NCBI GenBank assembly: GCA_037139495.1
Contig: JBAXGG010000003.1
Span: 1 to 49,200 of the forward strand
Source: Candidatus Saccharimonadota bacterium
Lineage (GTDB): Bacteria; Patescibacteriota; Saccharimonadia; Saccharimonadales; JAUPVS01
Reading direction: 5' to 3'
Length of the DNA stretch: 49,200 bases
In this document: positions 29,314 to 38,376 of the stretch, one piece after another
Layout: each line of letters starts with the position of its first letter
Position numbering within the stretch: the first letter of the stretch is position 1
Made by a program: the position numbers and the translations under genes
The notes under the pieces: model-generated
The model's database searches: none
The model's input: the letters and a program-made list of their open reading frames with translations, nothing else
Told to the model about the DNA's origin: nothing

Positions 29314-29841
29314 ATGCCATCTGTTATAAATGAAATCGAGAACGAGTTTAAAAAAAACGCAGTTGTTGCCGTTAAGTCAGGTGACACCGTAAAAGTGCAC
29401 CAAAAAATTCGTGAAGGTAGTAAAGAGCGTATTCAAATTTTTGAGGGCTTAGTTATCCGAACCGACCGTACTGCTAGCCACACGGCTTCTATCACCGTCC
29501 GTCGTATTGCCAGTGGTATCGGCGTTGAAAAATCTTATCTTCTGCATTCACCACTAGTTACCAAGGTAGAAATTGTTAAGCGAAGCAAAGTTCGCCGTAA
29601 CTATCTTAGCTACATGCGTGCTCGAACTGGTAAATCGGCTCGTCTGACAGGTATGGTTTTTGATAAAGAAGCCGTTAATGACGTTCGTGACCTCAAGGCT
29701 GAAGCCGAAGAAGCTAAGCTAAAATTAGAGGTTGCCGCTAAGGCCGAAGCCGAACACGCTGCTAAAGCAGCCGAAGAAGCCAAGCTTGAAGCTAAAGCTG
29801 ATGCAGCTATTGCCGAACACGACGCCGCCGCAAAAAAATAA
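29314..29841 (+). CDS. rplS: 50S ribosomal protein L19 with Ala/Glu/Lys-rich C-terminal extension
   Basis: GDTVKVH.KI.EG.KERIQ.FEG, GIGVEK...HSP, KVRR..L.Y.R. Confidence 0.96.
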   Translation: MPSVINEIENEFKKNAVVAVKSGDTVKVHQKIREGSKERIQIFEGLVIRTDRTASHTASITVRRIASGIGVEKSYLLHSPLVTKVEIVKRSKVRRNYLSYMRARTGKSARLTGMVFDKEAVNDVRDLKAEAEEAKLKLEVAAKAEAEHAAKAAEEAKLEAKADAAIAEHDAAAKK

Positions 29842-29859
29842 ACTCGTCAATTTATAAAT

Positions 29860-29887
29860 AAAACCGCCGTTTTTCTGGCGGTTTTTT
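29860..29887 (+). terminator. Intrinsic terminator after rplS
   Basis: AAAACCGCCG-loop-TGGCGGTTTT hairpin with T-run. Confidence 0.8.
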
Positions 29888-29901
29888 GTTACCATAAGAC
29901 A

Positions 29902-30456
29902 ATGATCGGGATTGATGAAGTTGGGAGGGGCTGCTGGGCCGGACCATTATTAGTGGTCGCTGCTAGGCAGCTAACAAAGCTGCCAGATGGCCTGGATGAC
30001 TCAAAAGTAGTTAATAAAAAACGACGTGACGCTATTATACCGGCTATCCAAGCTAGTTGTCAGCTAGGGGAGGGTTGGGTCGAACCAGCCGAAATAGATC
30101 AGATTGGTTTAACCGCTGCCATGAAGTTAGCTGTTGAGCGGGCACTAAATTCACTGGCGGCAAAACCAGACGAAGAAATAATTATGGACGGTAATTTTAA
30201 TTATTGTTCTCCCGTCTATACAAACGTCCGTTGCGTGATTGGCGGTGATGCCACCGAAAGTCTGGTAAGTGCTGCCAGTATATTCGCAAAAGTCAGCCGT
30301 GATAACAGGATGTCAAAACTGGCATTAATACACCCCGGATATGGCTTCGAAAAACACGTTGGCTACGGTACTAAAGCTCACCGCCAAGCACTCGAGCAAC
30401 TCGGAGTTAGCGTATTGCACCGTCAATCCTACAAGCCCATTCAAGCATTTTTGTAA
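29902..30456 (+). CDS. rnhB: Ribonuclease HII
   Basis: GIDEVGRG, DSK, DG, SAASI.AKV.RD, GYGT..H, HR. Confidence 0.95.
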   Translation: MIGIDEVGRGCWAGPLLVVAARQLTKLPDGLDDSKVVNKKRRDAIIPAIQASCQLGEGWVEPAEIDQIGLTAAMKLAVERALNSLAAKPDEEIIMDGNFNYCSPVYTNVRCVIGGDATESLVSAASIFAKVSRDNRMSKLALIHPGYGFEKHVGYGTKAHRQALEQLGVSVLHRQSYKPIQAFL

Positions 30457-30475
30457 GCAGCTTTAATAACACTCA

Positions 30476-30618
30476 CCAGGTAATTAGGTTAGAGTACATG
30501 GCTCCTGCCAGGCTGCGCTGCATGGCCTTTCTGCCTAATTATAGGTAACTAGCAATAGTTGGGAGACCAATTATTACCTGGCTGCCATAGAAGTTGCCGA
30601 CAGGTCCCTTGTTGGCAA
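30476..30618 (+). ncRNA. Putative multi-stem structured RNA between convergent rnhB and pepN
   Basis: CCAGGT/ACCTGG closing stem, AATTAGG/CCTAATT stem, 9-bp hairpin with GAGA tetraloop (30554-30575), 11-bp hairpin 30594-30618; G-U pairs all favour the plus strand. Confidence 0.4.
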
Positions 30619-30626
30619 ATCGCTTT

Positions 30627-33173
30627 TTATGATTTAAAAAACTTTTGGATATCTTTGAGGTCGCGTTTTTTCCAGGCAGCTTGCCATTGAATGGTTTCAA
30701 TACCTTGATAGTAGGCGCGTTCTAGAGCGGGGGTTAATTTAGGTCCGAAAAAAGCTTTGTATTTCTTTAAAAAAGTTGTGTCGCTCATAGTTCTAGCAGC
30801 GTAAATCGGGAAACGGGGAAAACTTAGGTCAGAGCCAACGTTTTCGATCAACCAGTCCCAGTGGTTAACCATCCATTCCCATGTCTGCCATTTGGAATGC
30901 CGATTCATAAAGCTGTAGGCCACCCAGTAGCCGATGTCTTGGAGTCGAACCACATCAGTGGTAATTAAGGACAGCGCTTGCTTGATTAATTCGGGTTGCT
31001 GAAAGCCGGTCAGTGCAGCTGCGAGGGTGGTTCTTTCTTCGCTAAGGTCGCTACTGTTATGTAGGTCGAGTAATTTTTTAAAGGTTTTGGCGTCACCGTG
31101 GCGGGCGGCGGTGTTGTATATTAGGCTACGTAGGTCTGGGTCAATTTCTTCGGGGGTTTTCATCGATTTGAACATGGCCAGGCAAACTTTTGTTACAGCC
31201 GGGTCGTCGGAAACTGATGATAAGCCAAGTATTGTTGGTCGCAAAAGCCTGTCAAAGTATGTCTCGCCCTTCTTGTGTGCCCAGCCTAGTCTTTTAAGCT
31301 GTTTGGCAACTAAACTGCGAACATAAGGCTTCATTAATTCTCGGAGCTTGTCGTCATCCATAACGCCGCGGATGCTGTTTAGTGTGCCGGCCATGACGTC
31401 CCAGACGGCATTATTATCTTCATCCTTATAGTAATGTAATAGTTCAAGAACATCAGTGGTTTTAGAATAACCAGATTTTGCAGTTTCAGCAGCATCGCTA
31501 AGTAAGCCAAGTCGGTCTAAGGGGTCTAATTTACCAGTTGGTACTTGCTTGGCTAGTTTAACCAAGTAATCGTTTGGGTAAGCGACACGATAGAATCCAC
31601 CCTGTTGGTTGTTCAATTTAAGCATATAGTCAGACTGCATTTTCCAGCTCTGCTCTTGTTTGGTCATTAATTGGGGGTCAATTAGTGCGTTCATTGGAAT
31701 CTGCCAAAGAGTTTTAGCGCGGTCCTTTTGAGCTGGGTTGGTGTAATAACGCTGTTGTTTTAAGGTGAGGCTGAGTTTTTTTGTTTCCACGCTGATAATT
31801 GGGTAGCCCGGCTGGCTGGTCCAAACGTTCATAAAGTCTTCGACTGGCTGTTTGGATATTTCGGCTAGAGCTTTCCATAGATCAACGGTATCAGTATTTT
31901 TATAGGCATGAGATTTTAAGTAGTGCCTCAGGCCGTCACGGAAGCTCTCAGGTCCTAGATATTCGTGCAGCATGTGGATGACGCTAGCACCCTTGGAGTA
32001 ACTTATGGTATCGAAAATGCTGCGGATTTCGTCAGGGTGATGAACCGGAACCTCTATAGGATGGGTATTATCTAGACCGTCGAGCCGCATTGCTCCCTGT
32101 TGTTCGTCGGTAATAAACTGGGTCCACATTTGCCATTCGGGGAATAGTTTATCGATGGCGAGGTATTCAATCCAGCTTGCAAAACCTTCGTTAAGCCATA
32201 GATCTGTCCACCAACGCATGGTTACTAAGTTACCGAACCATTGATGGGCTAATTCGTGGGCCACCACCATGGCAACATACTGTTTGGTGTTAAGGCTAGT
32301 GTTTTTAGGGTCGACGAACATACATTGTTCGCGGAAGGTGATACAGCCCCAGTTTTCCATGGCACCACTGGCGAAGTCTGGCAAAGCAATCAGATCACAC
32401 TTGGGTAGCGGGTAGGGAAGGTCAAAATAATCGTTATAGAACTCGAGGCATTTAACGGCCACATCAAGAGCGAATTCAGTAAACTGAGCGTTTGCCGGAG
32501 TTGCGTAAGTGCGCACTAAAACACCATCTTTAGTTTTGGCCTCTAAATATTTCATATGACCAACTACAAAAGCCAGTAGATAAACTGACATTATTGGGGT
32601 AGTTTCAAACTTTGTAGTAGTTTTTTGCCCAATGGTTACAGATTTGAGAATTGGAGTGTTTGCCAGCACAGTTTGGCCTTTTGGGGTGATAAGAGTTAGG
32701 TCGAAGCTAGCTTTGGCTTCTGGCTCATCTATGCACGGGAAGACTTCTCTGGCATGATGGCTTTCGAATTGAGTAGCCAATAACTTCTTGTTTTTTGTAC
32801 CGTCTTTAAAATCACAAGGATACAGGCCGTTCATTTGGCGAGTAATGATGCCGCTAAATTCGAGCTCTATCGTGTATTTACTAGGGTAAAGCATCTCGTT
32901 ACTGTGCAAACGTAGTTCGTCAAAACTCTTCTGAACGTTAATCCGGTCAACACTAACCGGCTGATCGCCCTTACGGTCGTGACGTGTAATCTTGGCGCTA
33001 GTAATCTTTAAGTCTTTTTGGTGGAGTGTTAGCCGTTGGCTAGGACGACCGGTCTTCTTACCGGCAATAATCACCCTGCCAGTGAAAGTCATGGTTTTTA
33101 TATCGGGATTAATGTTTAAGTCGTAATTCTCAGGCTCAAATTGCCTGAATAGGCGGGTCACATTTTTGCTCAT
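30627..33173 (-). CDS. pepN: M1-family aminopeptidase
   Basis: GAMENWG, HELAH-x18-E (WLNEGFA), YSKG, ERAP1-like C-terminal domain; ATG 33173 preferred (TAAAAT 7 nt upstream). Confidence 0.95.
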   Translation of the reverse strand: MSKNVTRLFRQFEPENYDLNINPDIKTMTFTGRVIIAGKKTGRPSQRLTLHQKDLKITSAKITRHDRKGDQPVSVDRINVQKSFDELRLHSNEMLYPSKYTIELEFSGIITRQMNGLYPCDFKDGTKNKKLLATQFESHHAREVFPCIDEPEAKASFDLTLITPKGQTVLANTPILKSVTIGQKTTTKFETTPIMSVYLLAFVVGHMKYLEAKTKDGVLVRTYATPANAQFTEFALDVAVKCLEFYNDYFDLPYPLPKCDLIALPDFASGAMENWGCITFREQCMFVDPKNTSLNTKQYVAMVVAHELAHQWFGNLVTMRWWTDLWLNEGFASWIEYLAIDKLFPEWQMWTQFITDEQQGAMRLDGLDNTHPIEVPVHHPDEIRSIFDTISYSKGASVIHMLHEYLGPESFRDGLRHYLKSHAYKNTDTVDLWKALAEISKQPVEDFMNVWTSQPGYPIISVETKKLSLTLKQQRYYTNPAQKDRAKTLWQIPMNALIDPQLMTKQEQSWKMQSDYMLKLNNQQGGFYRVAYPNDYLVKLAKQVPTGKLDPLDRLGLLSDAAETAKSGYSKTTDVLELLHYYKDEDNNAVWDVMAGTLNSIRGVMDDDKLRELMKPYVRSLVAKQLKRLGWAHKKGETYFDRLLRPTILGLSSVSDDPAVTKVCLAMFKSMKTPEEIDPDLRSLIYNTAARHGDAKTFKKLLDLHNSSDLSEERTTLAAALTGFQQPELIKQALSLITTDVVRLQDIGYWVAYSFMNRHSKWQTWEWMVNHWDWLIENVGSDLSFPRFPIYAARTMSDTTFLKKYKAFFGPKLTPALERAYYQGIETIQWQAAWKKRDLKDIQKFFKS

Positions 33174-33409
33174 TCCTATAATTTTAGCATGAGTCATAGA
33201 AGTGGTGACTATATTATCTGTTGTTCAATAACTTGAATGTCATAGAGGTATTGTTGGTTAGATTCTATAATTTGTATCCACGCTCTCTGAGATTACGCCT
33301 TCTAATTTTTCAATAAATGATGTACCCGATCTTTTTTGTCAGTAAATATAGTCAATCTTACCCCTCAAACAATAAAAAAACATTTCATTTTGGTGCTCAA
33401 AACCAAGTG

Positions 33410-33438
33410 TTGTAAAACTCCGGTAAATAAGCTATACT
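33410..33438 (+). promoter_or_regulatory. Putative sigma70 promoter of nusA
   Basis: TTGTAA(33410)-N17-TATACT(33433). Confidence 0.65.
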
Positions 33439-33449
33439 ACAGAGGCTAT

Positions 33450-33474
33450 GGTCGGCCAATTGGTCGGCTTTTTT
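33450..33474 (+). terminator. Weak intrinsic terminator/attenuator in the nusA leader
   Basis: GGTCGGCC-AATT-GGTCGGCT (8 bp, 3 G-U) followed by a T-run, between promoter and SD. Confidence 0.6.
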
Positions 33475-33530
33475 CATACCATTAACCGAAAATCTAAATC
33501 GTAATATATAAATACTAAAGGAGAATAAAA

Positions 33531-34700
33531 ATGGAATTTGATTTTAAACAACTGGCTCTAGCCATTCAAACTATTGCCGAAGAAAAGAACTTACCAGAAG
33601 AAACTGTTCAAGAAGTCGTCGAGCAGGCCTTGGCTGCCGCTTACCGTCGTGATTATGGTGACCGCGAGCAAGAAGTCCGAGTCGTTATGAACCTGAACAC
33701 CGGTGATGTTACGGCCTTCGTTACCAAGCAAATCGTTGATACTGTCGAAAACACTAGTTCCGAAATTGGTTTATCCGAAGCGCAGGTTCGCAACAAAAGC
33801 GCCAAAGTCGGCGAAGCAATTGAAGTTGGAGAGAAGGTCGAGGAATTTGGCCGTGTCGCCGCTCAAACTGCCAAACAGGTTATCTTGCAGCGTCTGCGCG
33901 AAGCTGAACGCGATATTATAATGACCGAATACGAAGATAAGATTGGAACTGTCATCAATGCTATCGTCGCTCGCGTCGAAGGCCGAATCGTTCGAGTTGA
34001 CCTCGGTAAAGCTCAGGGTATTATGCCAATGAGCGAACAGATACAGGGTGAGCGCTACTACCCAGGCCAACGCATTAAAGTTTTCTTGAAAGACGTCGAA
34101 CGTGGTTTTCGCGGTCCACAACTGGTTGTAAGCCGCGGCAATATCGAATTTATCGAATGGTTGTTCCGTGCTGAAGTTCCAGAGATGGAAAATGGTGCTG
34201 TTGAGATCAAGGGCATTGCCCGTGAAGCCGGTGTTCGTAGTAAGATTGCTGTTGCTAGCAAAACTCCTGGCGTCGACCCTGTCGGTACCTTCGTTGGTGG
34301 CCACGGCACTCGTGTTAACGCTGTTATGAGCGAAGTTGGCGAGCAGGAAAAAATTGATATTGTCGTCTGGGATGCCGACCCAGCCACTTATATCCAGAAT
34401 GCTCTAAGCCCAACAAAAGTCACTGAAGTTAAACTCGATGGTAATTCTAAGAAAGCAGTCGTAATTGTTCCCGAAGATCAGCTTAGTATCGCAATTGGTA
34501 AGAGCGGTCAGAACGTCCGTTTGGCTAGCAAGCTTTCCGGATTCGAAATCGACATCACTGCTGAAAAGGCACCTGAACCAGCCGTTGTTGAAGAACCAAA
34601 GAAACCAGCCGTCGTCCCTAAGCTAAAAAAGAAGTCTGAACTCGAAAACTCTCTACTAGAGGCCATTGAAGAGCACGGCGAAGAGACTCCTAAAAAGTAG
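33531..34700 (+). CDS. nusA: Transcription termination/antitermination factor NusA
   Basis: FGRVAAQTAKQV, S1 domain, AREAG.RSKIAV, DPVG, IGKSGQNVRLA; SD AAGGAG. Confidence 0.97.
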   Translation: MEFDFKQLALAIQTIAEEKNLPEETVQEVVEQALAAAYRRDYGDREQEVRVVMNLNTGDVTAFVTKQIVDTVENTSSEIGLSEAQVRNKSAKVGEAIEVGEKVEEFGRVAAQTAKQVILQRLREAERDIIMTEYEDKIGTVINAIVARVEGRIVRVDLGKAQGIMPMSEQIQGERYYPGQRIKVFLKDVERGFRGPQLVVSRGNIEFIEWLFRAEVPEMENGAVEIKGIAREAGVRSKIAVASKTPGVDPVGTFVGGHGTRVNAVMSEVGEQEKIDIVVWDADPATYIQNALSPTKVTEVKLDGNSKKAVVIVPEDQLSIAIGKSGQNVRLASKLSGFEIDITAEKAPEPAVVEEPKKPAVVPKLKKKSELENSLLEAIEEHGEETPKK

Positions 34701-34747
34701 AGCTAACCAACTACTCCCCTGTTAGCAGTTTAATTAAAGTATGGTAG

Positions 34748-34786
34748 TTAGCACTCTTGACATGAGAGTGCCAGCCACGATATTAT
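34748..34786 (+). promoter_or_regulatory. CIRCE element (HrcA operator) overlapping the clpC promoter
   Basis: TTAGCACTC-N9-GAGTGCCAG (34748-34774); the spacer holds TTGACA (34757), with TATTAT at 34781. Confidence 0.85.
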
Positions 34787-34858
34787 AGGTTTAGCAGAAT
34801 AAAACTGCAGCTGATAGTCTTCTCAGACTATCTTCAATGAAAGGTGGATAATAAGTAT

Positions 34859-37348
34859 ATGATGCCCAACACGCCAACCAACTCAGATTTCAATGAGTTC
34901 GTGAATCATTTAACGGACAATGCTGTCCAAAGCCTTAAGCACGCTGATGCTATAGCTCGTAGTTTCGGCAATGCTTACGTTGGTACAGAACACCTTTTGT
35001 TAGGCGTTCTAGCCCAAGATTCTTCTATGGGGGCAAAAATGCTAGAAGGTGCCGGTGTAACTCTTGACCGAGCCCGTATCGCCCTTAATTTAACCCCAAA
35101 AACTTTGGTTTTAAACATGGGAGCCAAGGGTCTTAGTGAAACTGCCAAACTAACTATCAAAATGGCATTCGACGTATCACAAGACTACAGCCAGGAGTTC
35201 TGCGGCACAGAACATATTCTTTACAGTATTCTGAGCCAAAAAAACGCCCGAGCTACTGTCTTACTAAGAGATATGAACGTAAATGTCGATAGCCTACTGG
35301 CCGAATTAGAACAATTCCTAAATCGCCAACAGTACGAAGAGAACAGCAATCATACAGATGTTCGCCGCCGGGGTACAAAAAAGGCCCGTAAAACTGCTCT
35401 CGACTTTTATGGTACAGACCTAACCGCCCAAGCTCGAGCCGATAAACTTGACCCAGTTGTGGGTCGTGATCCACAGATACGACGGGTAATAACTATACTA
35501 AATCGTCGCACCAAAAATAACCCTGTATTAATTGGAGAACCGGGTGTCGGTAAAACAGCTATTGTAGAAGGTTTAGCTCAGAGGATCGTGGCCGAAGATG
35601 TTCCTGACAGTTTGCTTGATAAACGCATCGTAATGCTCGATTTGGCTGGTATGATTGCTGGAACTAAATATCGTGGTGAATTCGAAGAGCGCCTTAAGAA
35701 GGTAATGGCCGAGCTAGAATCCGATAAGCATGCCATCGTCTTTATTGACGAGCTACACTTGATTGTTGGAGCTGGTGCCGCCGAGGGAGCCATGGACGCT
35801 GGGAACATACTTAAGCCGGCCTTGGCGCGTGGCAAGATCCAGGTTGTTGGCGCCACCACTACTGATGAATATACTAAACACATCGAGAAAGATGCCGCTC
35901 TAGAACGACGCTTCCAACCGATTCAGGTACCTGAAACTACTGTTCCAGAAACCCTGGCGATCCTCAAAGGATTAAGAAAGCATTACGAGGCTTTTCATAA
36001 CGTTAAGGTCAGTGACGATGTCCTAGATGACACCGTTACTTTAGCCAAACGCTACATTGCCGACCGTTTTATGCCTGACAAAGCCATAGACCTATTAGAC
36101 GAAACCGCCGCTCACCTGCGGGTTGATAGAGGTAAAACCCCACCCGAACTTCGTAAAATGCAGAAGGAACTGAAGCTAATTAAAGTCCGCGAAGAAGAAG
36201 CCGCCGACAGCGGTAATTACGAAAAAGCTGCCGAATACAAGATGCAAGCTAGCAAGACGACAAGAGAAATAGATAAGCTCAAGACTGTCACCAAGGCTGG
36301 AAAACGAATTACCATGAACAGCGAGGATGTGGCCGATGTTGTGTCGCGTATGACTGGTGTACCGGTCAGCAAAGTTATCCGCTCCGAAGCCAAGTATCTC
36401 CTTAACCTAGAGAGCCAATTGCAAAAACATATTATTGGCCAAAACGAAGCTGTTACAGCAGTGGCTAAAGCAATTCGTCGCAACCGTTCCGGCATTAGTA
36501 GTGAGCAACGACCCATCGGTTCCTTCGTCTTTCTCGGTCCGACCGGAGTTGGTAAAACCGAATTGGCACGCGTCTTAGCTAAGGAATTCTTTGGTAACGA
36601 AAATGCCATGATAAAGATCGATATGAGTGAATTTAGCGAAAAACACACAACTTCACGCTTAGTCGGCGCCCCTGCCGGTTACGTTGGCTACGAAGATGGC
36701 GGCCAATTAACAGACAAGATTCGACGCCAACCGTACAGCCTCGTGGTTTTAGACGAAATCGAGAAAGCTCACCCCGAAGTATTTAATATGTTACTGCAGA
36801 TTCTCGAGGATGGTGTTTTAACTGATGCTAAAGGTCGCAAAATCGATTTCAGTAATACTATCGTTATTATGACCAGTAACATAGGTGCCGAAAAACTTCA
36901 GAAAGAGGCGAGCCTGGGCTTTCATGCTAACGATAAATCTGATCTTAGAGACCTTGATTCTCTTCACGAGCGCAATAAGGAGAAGGTTAACGAAGAACTA
37001 AAGAAACTGATGCGACCTGAACTGCTTAATCGCATCGACAAAACAGTCGTATTCCGCGCCTTAACTAAACCTGACGTTCTCAAGATTCTGGATCTACAGC
37101 TTGATGAACTACGGCAACGCTTGCAAAAGAAGGGCCTTGGCCTACAAGTCTCAAGCGCCGCCAAGCAATATCTGCTCGATAAAGGCTATGACTCTCATAA
37201 CGGAGTTCGTCCAATGCGTCGTTTGATTCAGGATACTATCGAAGACCATATTGCACTTAAGTTACTAGACGAGGACTATCAAAAAGGTCATATTGTGCAG
37301 GTTGCCACAAAAGCAAAAGATTTAGTGTATAGCGCCAGCAACGAATAA
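34859..37348 (+). CDS. clpC: ATP-dependent Clp protease ATP-binding subunit ClpC
   Basis: Two Clp_N repeats (TEH), two AAA+ modules ([16 protein letters not shown]), short UVR-type middle domain, LGF ClpP loop; alternative starts GTG 34844 or ATG 34862. Confidence 0.93.
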   Translation: MMPNTPTNSDFNEFVNHLTDNAVQSLKHADAIARSFGNAYVGTEHLLLGVLAQDSSMGAKMLEGAGVTLDRARIALNLTPKTLVLNMGAKGLSETAKLTIKMAFDVSQDYSQEFCGTEHILYSILSQKNARATVLLRDMNVNVDSLLAELEQFLNRQQYEENSNHTDVRRRGTKKARKTALDFYGTDLTAQARADKLDPVVGRDPQIRRVITILNRRTKNNPVLIGEPGVGKTAIVEGLAQRIVAEDVPDSLLDKRIVMLDLAGMIAGTKYRGEFEERLKKVMAELESDKHAIVFIDELHLIVGAGAAEGAMDAGNILKPALARGKIQVVGATTTDEYTKHIEKDAALERRFQPIQVPETTVPETLAILKGLRKHYEAFHNVKVSDDVLDDTVTLAKRYIADRFMPDKAIDLLDETAAHLRVDRGKTPPELRKMQKELKLIKVREEEAADSGNYEKAAEYKMQASKTTREIDKLKTVTKAGKRITMNSEDVADVVSRMTGVPVSKVIRSEAKYLLNLESQLQKHIIGQNEAVTAVAKAIRRNRSGISSEQRPIGSFVFLGPTGVGKTELARVLAKEFFGNENAMIKIDMSEFSEKHTTSRLVGAPAGYVGYEDGGQLTDKIRRQPYSLVVLDEIEKAHPEVFNMLLQILEDGVLTDAKGRKIDFSNTIVIMTSNIGAEKLQKEASLGFHANDKSDLRDLDSLHERNKEKVNEELKKLMRPELLNRIDKTVVFRALTKPDVLKILDLQLDELRQRLQKKGLGLQVSSAAKQYLLDKGYDSHNGVRPMRRLIQDTIEDHIALKLLDEDYQKGHIVQVATKAKDLVYSASNE

Positions 37349-37369
37349 ACGGTTATACTTATAGGCGTA

Positions 37370-38362
37370 ATGCCACCAATTAAACGTCACCGCTACAGGA
37401 CACTATTATCAGTACTGATATTACTAGTGATTGGCGTCACGGCAATTAGCCAACGTCAAGCCATATACGACTATGCCAGGCTATATAACTACCAGGTACC
37501 GGCAGAGGTTTCAAATCTAGCGACGGTCACATCTATGACTGATAAGTCTCGCCACGATTTTTACGTTAATCACCCACACATACAAGATAAACAAACCTTT
37601 AACCAAAGTTGCCCCAATAACGGTGGCGAGCAGACAATCATTCTAGGCTGTTATATACCTGTCCAGAATGGAATATACATCTATCGTGTGGCTGACCCGC
37701 AATTAAACGGCGTTCAAGAGGTGACGGCCGCTCACGAAATGCTGCATGGGGCTTACGACCGCTTGAACCAAAAAGATCGTCAACACATAGATGGTTTGCT
37801 AGAGGAATACTTTAGCCATCTGACTGATCAGCGTTTAATCGATATCTTTGCAGCCTATAAAAAATCTGAGCCAAACGACCTAAATAACGAAATGCACTCC
37901 ATTTTTGCTACAGAAGTCGCTAATCTGCCGCCAGCTTTAGAAAACTACTACAAACAATATTTCATCAACCGCCAAAAAGTTGTTGCCTACGCGGCTCAGT
38001 ATCAATTGGCCTTTAGCTCGCGCAAGGATCAGATTACCGACCTAGACAGTAAGCTTAGGTCTTTGAAGATTCAGATTGATGCTAATCAGGCGACATTAAA
38101 GGAGCAAGACGCCAGGCTTTCTGCCCAGCGCGAAGCCTTAAGCAATATATTGAATTCCGGTAATACGCTTGGGTATAATTCCCAGGTTGATAGCTTTAAC
38201 TCTTCAATCCAGTCTTACAATGCTTTAGTCGGCACAACCAAGGATGAGATAAATCAGTATAATAAATTAGTCGAAACTCGTAACGCTATTGCTGTCGAAA
38301 CTCAGAACCTGGCTCAAGAGCTAAATAGTAACAGTAATCTGCAAACTCAGACCGCCCGATAG
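37370..38362 (+). CDS. Membrane-anchored putative zinc metallopeptidase with C-terminal coiled coil
   Basis: N-terminal TM; AHEMLH (HExxH) and downstream NEMHS; long heptad region. Confidence 0.75.
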   Translation: MPPIKRHRYRTLLSVLILLVIGVTAISQRQAIYDYARLYNYQVPAEVSNLATVTSMTDKSRHDFYVNHPHIQDKQTFNQSCPNNGGEQTIILGCYIPVQNGIYIYRVADPQLNGVQEVTAAHEMLHGAYDRLNQKDRQHIDGLLEEYFSHLTDQRLIDIFAAYKKSEPNDLNNEMHSIFATEVANLPPALENYYKQYFINRQKVVAYAAQYQLAFSSRKDQITDLDSKLRSLKIQIDANQATLKEQDARLSAQREALSNILNSGNTLGYNSQVDSFNSSIQSYNALVGTTKDEINQYNKLVETRNAIAVETQNLAQELNSNSNLQTQTAR

Positions 38363-38376
38363 GTTAAACTATTAGT

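Noticed and set aside
12292-30618. Assigning the structured elements at 12292-12369 and 30476-30618 to hammerhead, HDV-like, twister-sister, SRP or c-di-GMP riboswitch families
   Set aside because: Required cores (CUGAUGA/GAAA, HDV P3-L3, SRP helix 8, GEMM motif) could not be found in full on either strand
33200-33400. AT-rich pepN-nusA intergenic region as a replication origin or gene remnant (short GTCATAGA repeat, one DnaA-box-like word)
   Set aside because: No cluster of DnaA boxes and only short broken frames; consistent with a divergent promoter region
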